Shown in pieces: positions 29,901 to 39,963 of a stretch of 64,000 bases of DNA (positions within the stretch are counted from its first letter, which is position 1; every line of letters starts with the position of its first letter). The notes under the pieces were generated by a model. The model was not told where the DNA came from, ran no database searches, and saw only the letters and a list, made by a program, of their open reading frames with translations. A program made the translations under genes and the position numbers. This stretch comes from an uncultured Eubacteriales bacterium (GTDB lineage: Bacteria; Actinomycetota; Coriobacteriia; Anaerosomatales; JAAXUF01). Where the stretch lies: contig CAZIPN010000001.1 of the NCBI GenBank assembly GCA_964541225.1, positions 39,863 to 103,862 on the forward strand, given 5' to 3'.

Positions 29901-30791
29901 TCAGTCGAACGCCGAGCATATGGCATCGAGCACAAGAACTGCCGTCCGTTGCTCCATCAGCTCGTCACCCTGAATCGTCCCCCCGAGTTCGAGGACAACC
30001 TCGCGGCGCTCCCCTCCCACGATTGCCAGGGCCGTGGTCAGTCGAGCGAGCAACACGTCCGGTTCGTCCAAGCGGACGTGAGGTCGGCCCGGGATGGCGG
30101 ACTGGCACTCGGCGCCACAGAAACGGAAGAGTACCGAGCCGCCTACCAGCGCCTCATCGTCGCTCAGTACGTGAAACCGGGCGTCCTGAGTTGTCGCCAG
30201 AGCAAGATTCGCAACACGGCTTGCGATCCTGCGGCCGGACTGATCATCGCCGACCGCCACAAGCGGCACGCGCGCGAGCACCTCCGCGGCGCGAGCCGGG
30301 GCTACCTGCGCGGCAGAATGCGACCGCGAGTCCTTGCCCTCCCAAACGTGACGAAGGTTCGAAATCGTCCGCGCAGTGTCGGGCCCCACGATGCCATCGT
30401 TGGGAAGCCCGGCATTGCGTTGGAACTCGCGAACTGCACGCTCCGTGAACGCACCGAAAATGCCGTCGGCCTCCCCGCACGCGAACCCAAGCACATTGAG
30501 GGCCTGCTGGAGCACGCGCACGTCGTTGCCGTGGAAATGCGGTAGACGCAGGTACAGCGTACGATCCCCGAAAGTGAAACTCGCATCGACAAGGGCCGAC
30601 CAGGTCGTCCTGCCGACAATCCCATCTTCAGCAAGCCGGTGTTCCCGCTGAAAGGCGCGAACCGCCTCTGTGGTCAATCCAAGAAACACGCCATCGACTC
30701 CCGTCGGCCCGAGGTCATAGCCAAGGGAGAGAAGGCGTCGCTGTATGTCTTCGACGGCGGGCCCCCTAGTACCGGGGCGCACGGGTCTCAT
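29901..30791 (-). CDS. Protein with two peptidoglycan-binding (PG_binding_1) repeats and an uncharacterised C-terminal domain
   Basis: GPAVEDIQRRLLSLGY...DGVFLGLTTEAVRAFQ...DGIVG..TW, and a second copy VRVLQQALNVLGF...DGIFGAFTERAVREFQ. The start is uncertain (30791 or 30827). Confidence 0.6.
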   Translation of the reverse strand: MRPVRPGTRGPAVEDIQRRLLSLGYDLGPTGVDGVFLGLTTEAVRAFQREHRLAEDGIVGRTTWSALVDASFTFGDRTLYLRLPHFHGNDVRVLQQALNVLGFACGEADGIFGAFTERAVREFQRNAGLPNDGIVGPDTARTISNLRHVWEGKDSRSHSAAQVAPARAAEVLARVPLVAVGDDQSGRRIASRVANLALATTQDARFHVLSDDEALVGGSVLFRFCGAECQSAIPGRPHVRLDEPDVLLARLTTALAIVGGERREVVLELGGTIQGDELMEQRTAVLVLDAICSAFD

Positions 30792-31086
30792 TCTCGGCGC
30801 TTTCCTCTGAGAATCGCTTCGCGTCATTGGTCGAGCCGAAGCGCTACCGATGCCGGCCGATGCCGACACGAGCACACACGCAAAACGCTCCGGGTAGTCG
30901 CCAAACCGCTTCACTTCAGGCACAAGCAGGTCCTCCGGCTCCAGACCGGGCCGACGGAGTGTGAGTCGCCGTCGAAGTGTAGCACGCCGGAGCACGAAAA
31001 CTGGACGGCAGCACATCGCAGGCCAACGTCATCGCGACTCCCAACAGGCTTCACCGGCTCGGCATGCACCGCGGTCGCGCACCCAG

Positions 31087-32589
31087 TCACCCCTCGAAGA
31101 TCCTGACCTGATTCTTCCCCGCCTGCTTCGCATCGGCAAGTGCCTCGAACGCAGCTTCGACGAGTCGAGGTGCGGTTGCTGCTTGCTCAGGATACGTCGC
31201 AATCCCCGCGGACACTGTGAGGCTGAGAGCGCTCGCTCCATCGACGAGAACCGCGTACGACTCAACGCCGGCTCGTATTCTCTCGGCAACCTTCAGCGCC
31301 CCCTGCGCGTTGGTCTCAGGGAGCAGCACCGCGAACTCCTCTCCTCCATATCGCGCCGCGACATCCATCTCGCGCAAGCTGGAACGTATCACCGAAGACA
31401 CTGTGCGCAGAAACTCATCGCCACTCGACTGACCGTGTCCCTCATTGAGCGACCCAAGGTCATCGACATCCAACATGACCAGCGAAAGGTGGTGACCGAA
31501 ACGGCTCGACCGGTTGAACTCCTCGTCCAGACGCTCGTAGAAATGCTCACTACTGTAGAGCTGGGTAAGTCGATCGGTTACGGAGAGTCGCTCCAGCTCG
31601 CCGAGGAGGAGAGCATTCTGGAGGGACAGGGAGGCCTGATTTCCCAAAGCGATGAACCGGTCCATCTCGACATCGGACAGCTGGCGATCGGTTGTGGACG
31701 CCATCACGAGTATGCCGACGACGTCTTCCCCAGCCCGCAAGGGAATTGCTGCCTGACTTCGCACCTTCAACGCGGGATCGATCCACGCAGTTGAGGCCGA
31801 CCCATCCCCGAGTTCACTCTCCTGAACAGGTCCTTCGACGAAGGCCGATCCCAGAATCGTCTCACTTGCCGAGACTACCTCGACGAAGGCCTCGTGGCTG
31901 CGCCCTTGACTTGCTCGGAGGCGCAAGGTCCTGTCTTCGTTGTTCGCCAGGTACACACAACTGATCTCCGAGCCCAACAGCCCATTGAGTCCGTCTACTA
32001 CCAGTGAGCAGACATCATCAACCGCCGTGCAGCGAGTCAAGACCTTAAAGAACTCGTGCGCGAAGAAGATCTCTGAGAGCTGCGCCTGCAGTTCCTTGTT
32101 GGCCGACTCAAGCACGACCTTCGACTCGGCTAGCTGGCGTTCCTGCGAGCGGCTCAGGTCAAGAGCCTGTTTCAGTTCTCCTGAAAGCCGCTGCTGCTCC
32201 TCGCTCAGACGCCGAGTTGCAAACAAGTCGAGCAGCAGCTGAGACGCGGCACTTCCAAGAATCTCCGCGTCCGAATCGAGAGCACTGACGGCGTCTTGTA
32301 GCTGCGAATCCCCGCCGGAGGCGTCAATGACCAGATCCATGCCCGATTCCGACGCGAAAACTGACCTGTCCCGGGTCACGGGTATTCCCAGCTCATCCGC
32401 TGTTCTTGCGGCTGGATCTGAAGCGTCACCGGTGAGCAGGCTGACAACCGTTACCCCATCAATCCCGTGGAGCATTCCCAGTAGCAGCGCCGCGCGTGTG
32501 TCTCCGCCGACAACCCCAATCCGCGTCGGCCGCGCGAACGGCATGGACTTCTCGGACACCGGAGCGTGCAACGGATCCATCAACACCAC
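31087..32589 (-). CDS. Diguanylate cyclase: N-terminal Rossmann-like domain, coiled coil, GAF and GGDEF
   Basis: C-terminal RYGGEEFAVLLPET (GGEEF active site), DVDDLGSLNEGHGQSSGDEFL, and a central GAF-like region. Confidence 0.85.
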   Translation of the reverse strand: MVLMDPLHAPVSEKSMPFARPTRIGVVGGDTRAALLLGMLHGIDGVTVVSLLTGDASDPAARTADELGIPVTRDRSVFASESGMDLVIDASGGDSQLQDAVSALDSDAEILGSAASQLLLDLFATRRLSEEQQRLSGELKQALDLSRSQERQLAESKVVLESANKELQAQLSEIFFAHEFFKVLTRCTAVDDVCSLVVDGLNGLLGSEISCVYLANNEDRTLRLRASQGRSHEAFVEVVSASETILGSAFVEGPVQESELGDGSASTAWIDPALKVRSQAAIPLRAGEDVVGILVMASTTDRQLSDVEMDRFIALGNQASLSLQNALLLGELERLSVTDRLTQLYSSEHFYERLDEEFNRSSRFGHHLSLVMLDVDDLGSLNEGHGQSSGDEFLRTVSSVIRSSLREMDVAARYGGEEFAVLLPETNAQGALKVAERIRAGVESYAVLVDGASALSLTVSAGIATYPEQAATAPRLVEAAFEALADAKQAGKNQVRIFEG

Positions 32590-32715
32590 CCGTCATCTGT
32601 GAATGTGGACGCCTTGGCGGCCGTCGATCAATCAACCGCGAGCGAAAGCCCTGGTACTTCCCGGTTTGCACGATGCCCCAAGCACATTCCGGGCGAGACA
32701 ACTGAACGCGCTGTT

Positions 32716-33090
32716 TCAGGCGGACATTGCCCCGGCCGTGCACGAACGCACGGAGTTCAGCAGCCGCTGAGGCACGAAAGGCTTCGCGATGAAGTCCGCG
32801 GCGCCCGCGGCCAATGCTTGCTCCCGAACATCCGAGTGCAGCTGCGCCGATACGATGATGACTCGAGCCGCCGGATCTCGCTTCAGGATCTCACGCATAG
32901 CATCGAGCCCGTCCAGCTCGGGCATAGTGATGTCAAGAATCGCAACGTCTGGGCGGATCTCGGCGTATCGCTCGACCGCATCTCGGCCGTTGACCGCCTC
33001 CGAAACCGCATAGCCCTCGCTGCCAAGTATGTCCCTCAGGATCATCCTCATAAGCGCTGCGTCGTCGGCCACCAGAACAGTCCTCGACAT
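32716..33090 (-). CDS. Single-domain response regulator (CheY-like)
   Basis: MSRTVLVADDAALMR...PDVAILDITMPELDG...VIIVSA...FIAKPF. The tracked ORF was trimmed to ATG 33090. Confidence 0.85.
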   Translation of the reverse strand: MSRTVLVADDAALMRMILRDILGSEGYAVSEAVNGRDAVERYAEIRPDVAILDITMPELDGLDAMREILKRDPAARVIIVSAQLHSDVREQALAAGAADFIAKPFVPQRLLNSVRSCTAGAMSA

Positions 33091-33253
33091 ATAATCCCTC
33101 ACTCTCCAGCCCACGGACTTTGCAGCCGCAAGCTCCCTCGTGGCGGCCCCCACCGCCGTTCTTGTTATGTTACCACTGCCGTCAGTCGCCGCATAATCTG
33201 TACGGTATAGTGTTGAAGCATCGAAAACGTGCGTTCTTGGCATCAGCGAAAGG

Positions 33254-34321
33254 TTGCGAGTGAAAGCCCCGAGCACCTCAATCCGCGTTCTGTTTGTTGT
33301 TGCTGCAACGCTCATGTTGGTCCTGTCTGGGACACTCGCCTGGGCGGCAGTAAGCGACTACCAAGTACGAGGCCTCGTGCCCAAGGGCGTGACGGTCGTG
33401 GGGCAGAACCTGAGCGGCATGACTGAAGGTCAGGCCCGTTCCGCGATACTGCACGCCGTTTCGGCCCCCATGCTGAGGCCGGTGACGGTCACCGGGGACA
33501 AGAGAAGCTGGATCCTCAATCCTGCGATCATGGTCCACGTCAACGTGGACGAGATGCTCAACGAGGCCTACATGCCGCGTCGTACGGCGACGTTCGTCAC
33601 GCGCTTGTCGCATCAGATCCAGGACGAACCTCTGCCCGCGGACATCAAGCCCTCGTATTCAGTAGACGCCTCCGCAGTCGCCGCATGGGTCGCTCAAGTC
33701 TCGGACGAGATTGACCACAAGCCCAAAGACGCCGAGCGCAAGATCGTGAAGTACACGTTCAAGATCACTCCTTCGGTGTGGGGTGCTACAGTCGATCAGC
33801 AGGCCTCCACGCAGCAAATCATTGCGGCGCTCAGTGCCGACAACGCGCTAGCGAACCCGAGCCGTGTTGTTACCCTGCCAATCGCCGTGGCGAAGCCCCA
33901 CGTGGTCGAATCGAGCTTCAAGACCGCGATCATCGTGTCGCTCGATCGCTGCAAGATATACCTCTTCAATGGGGCCAAGCTCATCAAGAAATACAGTTGC
34001 GCCCCGGGTCGAGCGGCCTACCCGACCCCAACTGGCGACTTCAAGATCGACACCAAGCTCGCGAACTCATCATGGTATAACCCGCACGCGGGCTGGTCGG
34101 CGGGCATGCCCGACGTAATCGGCCCCGGTCCCAGCAATCCGATGGGCGTGCGGAAGATTGGAATCAACTACCCCGGCGTGTTCATGCACGGCGTGCCACC
34201 TGGGGAGTACGGCACCATCGGCACTCACGCAAGCCACGGCTGCATGCGGATGTTGCCGAGCCAGGTGCTCGACCTCTATGGCCGAGTGAAGGTCGGCGAC
34301 CCCGTCTTCATTCGCGACTAG
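33254..34321 (+). CDS. L,D-transpeptidase (YkuD domain) with an N-terminal membrane anchor and accessory domains
   Basis: Catalytic motif HGVPPGEYGTIGTHASHGCMRM. Confidence 0.85.
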   Translation: MRVKAPSTSIRVLFVVAATLMLVLSGTLAWAAVSDYQVRGLVPKGVTVVGQNLSGMTEGQARSAILHAVSAPMLRPVTVTGDKRSWILNPAIMVHVNVDEMLNEAYMPRRTATFVTRLSHQIQDEPLPADIKPSYSVDASAVAAWVAQVSDEIDHKPKDAERKIVKYTFKITPSVWGATVDQQASTQQIIAALSADNALANPSRVVTLPIAVAKPHVVESSFKTAIIVSLDRCKIYLFNGAKLIKKYSCAPGRAAYPTPTGDFKIDTKLANSSWYNPHAGWSAGMPDVIGPGPSNPMGVRKIGINYPGVFMHGVPPGEYGTIGTHASHGCMRMLPSQVLDLYGRVKVGDPVFIRD

Positions 34322-34439
34322 TTGCGCAACTGGGCGCCCCACCTGTATTGTCTGCCCGTTCATTCGATGTGGCGTTGAAGTTTCGTGGTACGTACAGTGC
34401 GAACGTGTTTGCTGCATTCAAGGCGGGTGGAGGGTCCCA

Positions 34440-35294
34440 ATGAGAACAAGACGATTGAGCGGTCGTGCGCTCCTCGTGGCCGCAGCCACCATGGTTTTCG
34501 CGGCAATGGCGTCCACCGCAGTGGCAGCGCCATCCCCAATTCTGAGGGTCACCGCAGGCGGAAAGACACTCACTCTGACCACCGCCGTCCCCGCGCTCAT
34601 CACAACAGCATCTGTCGTGCAGACTGCTACCGTGCAGTCCTGGGTGAACCAAGTGGGCGCCTGCGTGGACGGCGGACCCGCCAATGCGACGAGCAAGCTC
34701 GACAAGAAGCACAAGAAGATCAAGTTCACAGCCGCCAAGATCGGCTACAGATTGCAGCGCCCAGAGTCGGTCACGGCAATCATCAACGAGCTAAGGGCCG
34801 AGGCAGCCGGCGCCGCGCCGAGAACGGTTGCGCTGCCCACCGCAGCCACGAATCCTAGAGTCACAGGGTTTGGCAAGCAGATTCTCGTCGTCTTGAGCAA
34901 ACACCGAATCTACCTCTACAACAACAACAAGATCGAGAAGACGTACCGATGCGCCACCGGCCAGCGCAGATACCCGACTCCCAAGGGGACATTCCACATC
35001 GGCAAGAAGGTCAAGAATCCCTCGTGGCACAACGGGTATTCGTCCTGGTCGCGCCACATGCCATCCTACATTCGCCCGGGACCGAACAACCCGCTCGGCA
35101 CCCGCGCGATGTACGTCTACAAAGGCACTAGGGGAAAGCGAGACACGGGTGTGCGAATTCACGGCGTGCCGCGAAGTGAGAACAGCTCGATAGGGCACTC
35201 CGCCAGTCATGGTTGCTTGCGAATGAAGCGCAAGGACGTCGAGAACCTGTACCCTCGGGTTCCGGTCGGCACGATAGTCTATATCATCAAGTAG
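34440..35294 (+). CDS. L,D-transpeptidase (YkuD domain), tandem paralog
   Basis: Catalytic motif HGVPRSENSSIGHSASHGCLRM, plus a signal peptide. Confidence 0.85.
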   Translation: MRTRRLSGRALLVAAATMVFAAMASTAVAAPSPILRVTAGGKTLTLTTAVPALITTASVVQTATVQSWVNQVGACVDGGPANATSKLDKKHKKIKFTAAKIGYRLQRPESVTAIINELRAEAAGAAPRTVALPTAATNPRVTGFGKQILVVLSKHRIYLYNNNKIEKTYRCATGQRRYPTPKGTFHIGKKVKNPSWHNGYSSWSRHMPSYIRPGPNNPLGTRAMYVYKGTRGKRDTGVRIHGVPRSENSSIGHSASHGCLRMKRKDVENLYPRVPVGTIVYIIK

Positions 35295-35330
35295 CGGCCC
35301 ACTTGACGTTCTGAGTCGAGTGCCTGCACA

Positions 35331-38330
35331 TCAGCGATGGTAGGACTTGTTGGCCCCGCCGTGGCAGCCGTTAGTGCACGACCCGCCGCCCTTGCCACTT
35401 GAGTCCGCCGCCCATCCGACATCGCTGCGAAGACCAAATGGCTCGCTAGCCGACCCGTGACTCACGTGACATGACAGGCACGAGAAGCCACGCGCGACAT
35501 GCGACGAATGGAGCTTCGCGTCTGACCCGGCGTCAACGAAGCCACTGGATCGGGCCGCTTGACCGTCCGCGCTGCCATCTCCATAGATCTCGTACGAATG
35601 GCACTTGTAGCACAGAGTCCCCGCGTCGCCTGCCGACGCCCCCAACAGAGGCCTGACCAGAAGGGGCGCTGACGGAGAGGAGTGCGGCCCGTTTGGTTGG
35701 CCGACTGCCGATGTGCCCCGACCGTCTGAGTTCCCGTGGCAGTCCGTGCAGTTCACGCGCGACGACGGGCTGAGCCCACTGACGAGCGTCTGCCCAGTCG
35801 CATTGGTTGAGGGAGAGACCCCTTCGACCGGGTGAAACGACGCGTTGGTTGTGCGTAGCTCGGCATCAACGGGTCGCACTCCTGACAGCGCGGTCCATCC
35901 GTCATAGCTGGCGTGGCATTTCAGGCACACTTGATACTCGGCCGTCACACTCGTGTTCAGCGTGGGCGAAGAACCCGTCAACGACACGCCCCACGCACCG
36001 ACCAGTGCGCCAGGAAGGGCAGGAGCGGCAGCCACCGCCGACGTCGCTGCATGAACGTTATGGCAGTCCACGCAGGCGACGTGTTCGGCGAAGGGGGCGG
36101 TCTCGGTCGACACGTGCGCCTCTTGCGCAGCTTCTACAGGGTGCCGAGAAGGACCGATCGCGCCGAGATTGGCGGCGAGCACGTGTGTCGTCCCAGCAAG
36201 CTCGACGCCTCCGCCCGAGCGCTCGTCAACCACTCCGAGCCCAGTGCCGTCGACAGACGCGTGGACAATCGCCAGGCGCGGCGCCTGAGCGTCCGAGGCC
36301 AGATTCGCGCGCTGACCACCCATTCCTACAAGCAACTCAGCACGCCCATCGCCATCGACGTCTCCAACGGCAAGAGAGTCCGGATCGCTGTGCGCCGCGA
36401 AGGTGTGTGTGACCGGCGCGCCAAGTCCTGACCCGCCGAGAGGAAATACCTCGACCTTCTCTGAGCCTGAGGCCGAACCCAGCGCGACAGCGACTTCGTC
36501 GCCTAAGGTGCCTGACTCAGTTACCCCAGGCAGCACGTTGCCGACGGCCGTGGCCGTCGGGGAGGCGTCCGTGGTTGAGCCGCCGCTCGCAGTCTCGGTC
36601 CCATCGCGTGAGAAGACCGAGAGAATCGGGCTGAGTTCTCCCGCATTGGCCACCGCAACGTAGCCGTGGCCATCGCTGTCCGCTCGTCCAATCGAAGGCG
36701 AGCGTGGAAGCGCGCGCGTCGGATAAGTCCCCGCCACCGACAGTGTTGTTGGCGTTCCTTGCGTGAGTACGATCAATCGATCGGGGCCATTCGTGGTTAC
36801 GGCAATGTCAGCGTGGGAGTTGCCCAGGATGTGCCCCGCTGCCAAGCCGGTGATACTCCCAGGCAGCGCAACTGCTGTGATCGCATCGAAAGTCGCATCA
36901 CCGACATTCCACCGGTACACTCGCACGGTGCTCCCCGAGGCGGTCACAAGTTCGTCGCACCCGTAGGCGTCATCAAGCACATCAGCCACCGCTAGGTACT
37001 TCGCCGGAGCGAGCAGAGTTCGGTCACCTGGCTGCGGGGATAGACCGGCGAATTGGGACTCCGAAAACACCGTCACACGCGAAGTCCCCGCCCTCGCGAC
37101 GACGAGTTCGGTGGAGCCTGTTCCCTCGATGTCCCCTGCCGCGATCGCTCCGACGCGTCCGCTCGCGAAGCTTCGTGGCCCGGTGATCGTCGGAGATGAT
37201 GAACTGTCCCGAGTGAGTGTTTCGAGTTCGCCAAACTCATCCGTGTCAGGACCGGACCCGTACCCGACCACGGCGGACACAACCGGTGCGGGAGTGTAGC
37301 CGAGAGACTCCAGGTTCGCCGAAGCAGCCCCACCTGATCGGTGACAGTCGTAGCACAGCGCGCCCCCGACCTTCTTAGCGAGTCGAGGAATGGCTCCTCC
37401 TTTGCCATCGGAAGCGCCCATGGGTGCATGGCATGACTGGCATTCCCCCGCCGATCGCGACGTCTCCTCGCTGGCCCACTCTCCGCTGACAGAGACCGTC
37501 ACCGCCGTTGAGCCGTGAGCCGAGAGGGAATAGGTGGCGGTCCCTTCCCACGTGCGTTCAGGAGCTGCATGACAGACGACACATAGACTGCGGTCGTTGC
37601 CCGAAACCACATGGGTCGCACTCACCGATGGCGGGGCGATGGAGTGCACGATGTTGGGAGCAATCGATGATCCGTGTGGAGTGTGGCACACGGAGCACAC
37701 AACCCCCGTCCCCGACGCCGGAGGCGCGATGCTTGCGTGCGCTGTCTTGTTCCACACCGCAAGGCCCGGGAACTCATTGCCCGTCCGCGCCACGTGACAT
37801 GTTGCACAATACGCGTTGCCGCTGTAGACGAATCCGCCAGTCGCGACACGTGAGCGCAACAGCGCAGGGTAGGGTGAGTCATCGCTGCGCTTGGCACTGC
37901 CGTGCGAATCGTGGCAGTCACTGCACTCCTTGTAGTGCGGTCCGTAGGACGAGGAGTCGGGAGCGAGATGATGGCTCGACCCGGACTCAAACTGACTTTG
38001 GACGTCGTCGGTTGAGCCGAGCGAATCGACCCCATGGCATGCGTAGCAGAGCTGCACATCGCCACCGTCGGCCCCGGCCTTCCCCACAATCAACGCATTC
38101 GCACGATTCCCGCCAAAGTCCAGACCCGTCGGGATCTCAGACGCCGATGTGTGCACCCTGTGGCACATGGCGCACACATCGGTGTCCGTCCCGGTTGCAA
38201 CGTGGGGCGCGGGGACGTCGGCAAGTGCCACAGAAGGGGCCGCCAGGCTGCAGAGCACCAGCGCAACCGCTAGGAGAGCGTCGCGCAATGAAGCGACGGC
38301 CTCGTGCCTGTGCAGCCAAGTTGTGAGCAA
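35331..38330 (-). CDS. 999-aa secreted multiheme c-type cytochrome (13 CxxCH plus 1 CxxxCH) with a central FG-GAP/VCBS-type beta-propeller insertion
   Basis: Signal peptide LAVALVLCSLAAPSVALA. Eight CxxCH lie in residues about 50-340 and five, plus CTNGCH, in residues about 745-990. Between them are propeller-blade motifs (AAGDIEGTGSTELVVA, VADVLDDAYGCDELVTA, VGDVDGDGRAELLVG). Confidence 0.85.
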   Translation of the reverse strand: MLTTWLHRHEAVASLRDALLAVALVLCSLAAPSVALADVPAPHVATGTDTDVCAMCHRVHTSASEIPTGLDFGGNRANALIVGKAGADGGDVQLCYACHGVDSLGSTDDVQSQFESGSSHHLAPDSSSYGPHYKECSDCHDSHGSAKRSDDSPYPALLRSRVATGGFVYSGNAYCATCHVARTGNEFPGLAVWNKTAHASIAPPASGTGVVCSVCHTPHGSSIAPNIVHSIAPPSVSATHVVSGNDRSLCVVCHAAPERTWEGTATYSLSAHGSTAVTVSVSGEWASEETSRSAGECQSCHAPMGASDGKGGAIPRLAKKVGGALCYDCHRSGGAASANLESLGYTPAPVVSAVVGYGSGPDTDEFGELETLTRDSSSSPTITGPRSFASGRVGAIAAGDIEGTGSTELVVARAGTSRVTVFSESQFAGLSPQPGDRTLLAPAKYLAVADVLDDAYGCDELVTASGSTVRVYRWNVGDATFDAITAVALPGSITGLAAGHILGNSHADIAVTTNGPDRLIVLTQGTPTTLSVAGTYPTRALPRSPSIGRADSDGHGYVAVANAGELSPILSVFSRDGTETASGGSTTDASPTATAVGNVLPGVTESGTLGDEVAVALGSASGSEKVEVFPLGGSGLGAPVTHTFAAHSDPDSLAVGDVDGDGRAELLVGMGGQRANLASDAQAPRLAIVHASVDGTGLGVVDERSGGGVELAGTTHVLAANLGAIGPSRHPVEAAQEAHVSTETAPFAEHVACVDCHNVHAATSAVAAAPALPGALVGAWGVSLTGSSPTLNTSVTAEYQVCLKCHASYDGWTALSGVRPVDAELRTTNASFHPVEGVSPSTNATGQTLVSGLSPSSRVNCTDCHGNSDGRGTSAVGQPNGPHSSPSAPLLVRPLLGASAGDAGTLCYKCHSYEIYGDGSADGQAARSSGFVDAGSDAKLHSSHVARGFSCLSCHVSHGSASEPFGLRSDVGWAADSSGKGGGSCTNGCHGGANKSYHR

Positions 38331-38499
38331 TTGCAGTCGCCGTTCTGCTCGGATAGTGGCAGCCCCGGTTCGACCAGTCGAACCCGGATGGCCAAGATCA
38401 CTCCATTATAGTGACCGCAGACTCCAGCCATGTGCCCAACCGCAGGCCACGACCCTCACTGGTTTCCGGACTTCATACGAAGCAAGTAGTGAACCAGCG

Positions 38500-38523
38500 C
38501 TTGCGGGGAAGGTCGCCCGCAAG
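38500..38523 (-). terminator. Hairpin downstream of the FN3/DUF5648 gene
   Basis: CTTGCGGG-8 nt-CCCGCAAG, an 8-bp stem about 75 nt after the stop at 38598. No U-tract. Confidence 0.4.
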
Positions 38524-38597
38524 GCTACGCCAGGCGCGATCCACCCGCGATCCCGCTCTCCCCTTCTGAATCGCCGCAGAATCGCCTCCCCCGGCTC

Positions 38598-39020
38598 TCA
38601 CGGCGCTATCAAGTACGCGACTCCTTCGAGGGTCCATGTCTTGTAGAGCTTGGCGACGATGTTGTCCTTCTCGGCAGGGTCGGCCGAGTACAGATAGGTG
38701 CCATCCTTCAGGTTGCGGAAGCGCCACACTGGAGAACCGCTGGTTCTCGAGACGTTGTAGGCCGCTCCCTCAAGCTTGTAGGACTTGGAGAGGTTGGCAA
38801 CGATCGAGTCCTTCTCATTCGCGTCCGAGGTGTAGAGGTAGAAGCCGCTCTTGAGATTGCGGAAACGCCATAGTGGCGAGACATTGGCAAGCGTGTTGAT
38901 CCGGTAGGCCACGCCCTCGAGCTTCCACGTCTTGGACATGGTGGCCACGATGTTGTTCTTCTCGGCCTCGCTTGCCGTCCACAGGTAGTAGCCGTTCTTC
39001 AGGTTGCGGAAGCGGTAGAC
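38598..39020 (-). repeat. Three tandem coding repeats of about 130-145 bp (43-49 aa units)
   Basis: The units are VYRFRNLKNGYYLWTASEAEKNNIVATMSKTWKLEGVAYRI, LWRFRNLKSGFYLYTSDANEKDSIVANLSKSYKLEGAAYNV and VWRFRNLKDGTYLYSADPAEKDNIVAKLYKTWTLEGVAYLI. Confidence 0.8.
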
Positions 39021-39947
39021 ATTCCAGTACACGGCAGGAATACCACTCGACTCAACTGCTGGTCCCCAGTCGTCGGTGGAGACGTCCCACGGCTGCACGG
39101 CATACGTGTACGCCCTCGTAACGTCGGCCCCGGTATCCGTCATCGAGGTCGAAGTCGTGCTGGAGAGTTCCGTCCACGCATCAGCCATAGCGTCGTGGCG
39201 CCAGATGCGATAGCGGGGTGTGTCGCCGCTCGGCGAAGTGGCAGCAGTCCATGACAGCTGCACCGAGGAGAGCGAACTCGGATCACGCCCCACCACCAAG
39301 TCGCTCACTGCGGTGTACTTGTAGCCGGTGACCTTGATGTCATCGATCGTGGTCCCTTGTCCTGTGGGGCCCGTGGGATGGGACTCGAACTGGAAGCGGA
39401 AATACCCCGCAGCGGTGGGCGGGTTGCCGTAGACTCCCCGCTCGAGCTTCTGGCTGATCCAGCTCGTCGTCGGCAACAGGTCGGTGTTGGTGTAGTCATC
39501 ACCTGCCGAGGAACCCGTCGGTGTGTCACTCCAGTTCACGACGAATGGGTTGATCCCGCCCGCGTACGACTCGACGCTCGGCTCGATGTAGGAATACTGT
39601 ATCCACGACTGGGCGTATCCCGACGTGTCATCCACGTCCAACACGGCGAGTCCCCGTGTCCCTGCCGGGTAGGTCGCCCACGTTCCGTGGTATCCCGCGC
39701 ACCACAACCCCTTGGTGCCTCCTTGATGGCTCTGGCTGATGATGCCCCATGCCGCCGGCCCGGGCTCGGACCCTCCGAAGTCGTTGTATATGTCCAGCGT
39801 GTCTGAGGCACTCTCGAACCCAACGGACTGCAAGACCTTGGGATCGGTCTGCCACGGACACGCACTCGCATGCGCCACGCCCACGCCCGCGAACACCAGG
39901 AACGCCACCGCCAGGAGAATCGGGATCGCACGTGATCTCGCGCTCAT
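38598..39947 (-). CDS. Secreted protein with an N-terminal globular domain, an FN3-like domain and three C-terminal DUF5648-like repeats
   Basis: Signal peptide MSARSRAIPILLAVAFLVFAGVGVAHA. The FN3-like segment is SSVQLSWTAATSPSGDTPRYRIWRH. Three repeats follow the pattern W/YRFRNLK.G.YL.T....EK..IVA......KLEG.AY. Confidence 0.7.
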   Translation of the reverse strand: MSARSRAIPILLAVAFLVFAGVGVAHASACPWQTDPKVLQSVGFESASDTLDIYNDFGGSEPGPAAWGIISQSHQGGTKGLWCAGYHGTWATYPAGTRGLAVLDVDDTSGYAQSWIQYSYIEPSVESYAGGINPFVVNWSDTPTGSSAGDDYTNTDLLPTTSWISQKLERGVYGNPPTAAGYFRFQFESHPTGPTGQGTTIDDIKVTGYKYTAVSDLVVGRDPSSLSSVQLSWTAATSPSGDTPRYRIWRHDAMADAWTELSSTTSTSMTDTGADVTRAYTYAVQPWDVSTDDWGPAVESSGIPAVYWNVYRFRNLKNGYYLWTASEAEKNNIVATMSKTWKLEGVAYRINTLANVSPLWRFRNLKSGFYLYTSDANEKDSIVANLSKSYKLEGAAYNVSRTSGSPVWRFRNLKDGTYLYSADPAEKDNIVAKLYKTWTLEGVAYLIAP

Positions 39948-39963
39948 TGCTAGCACCTCGCAA

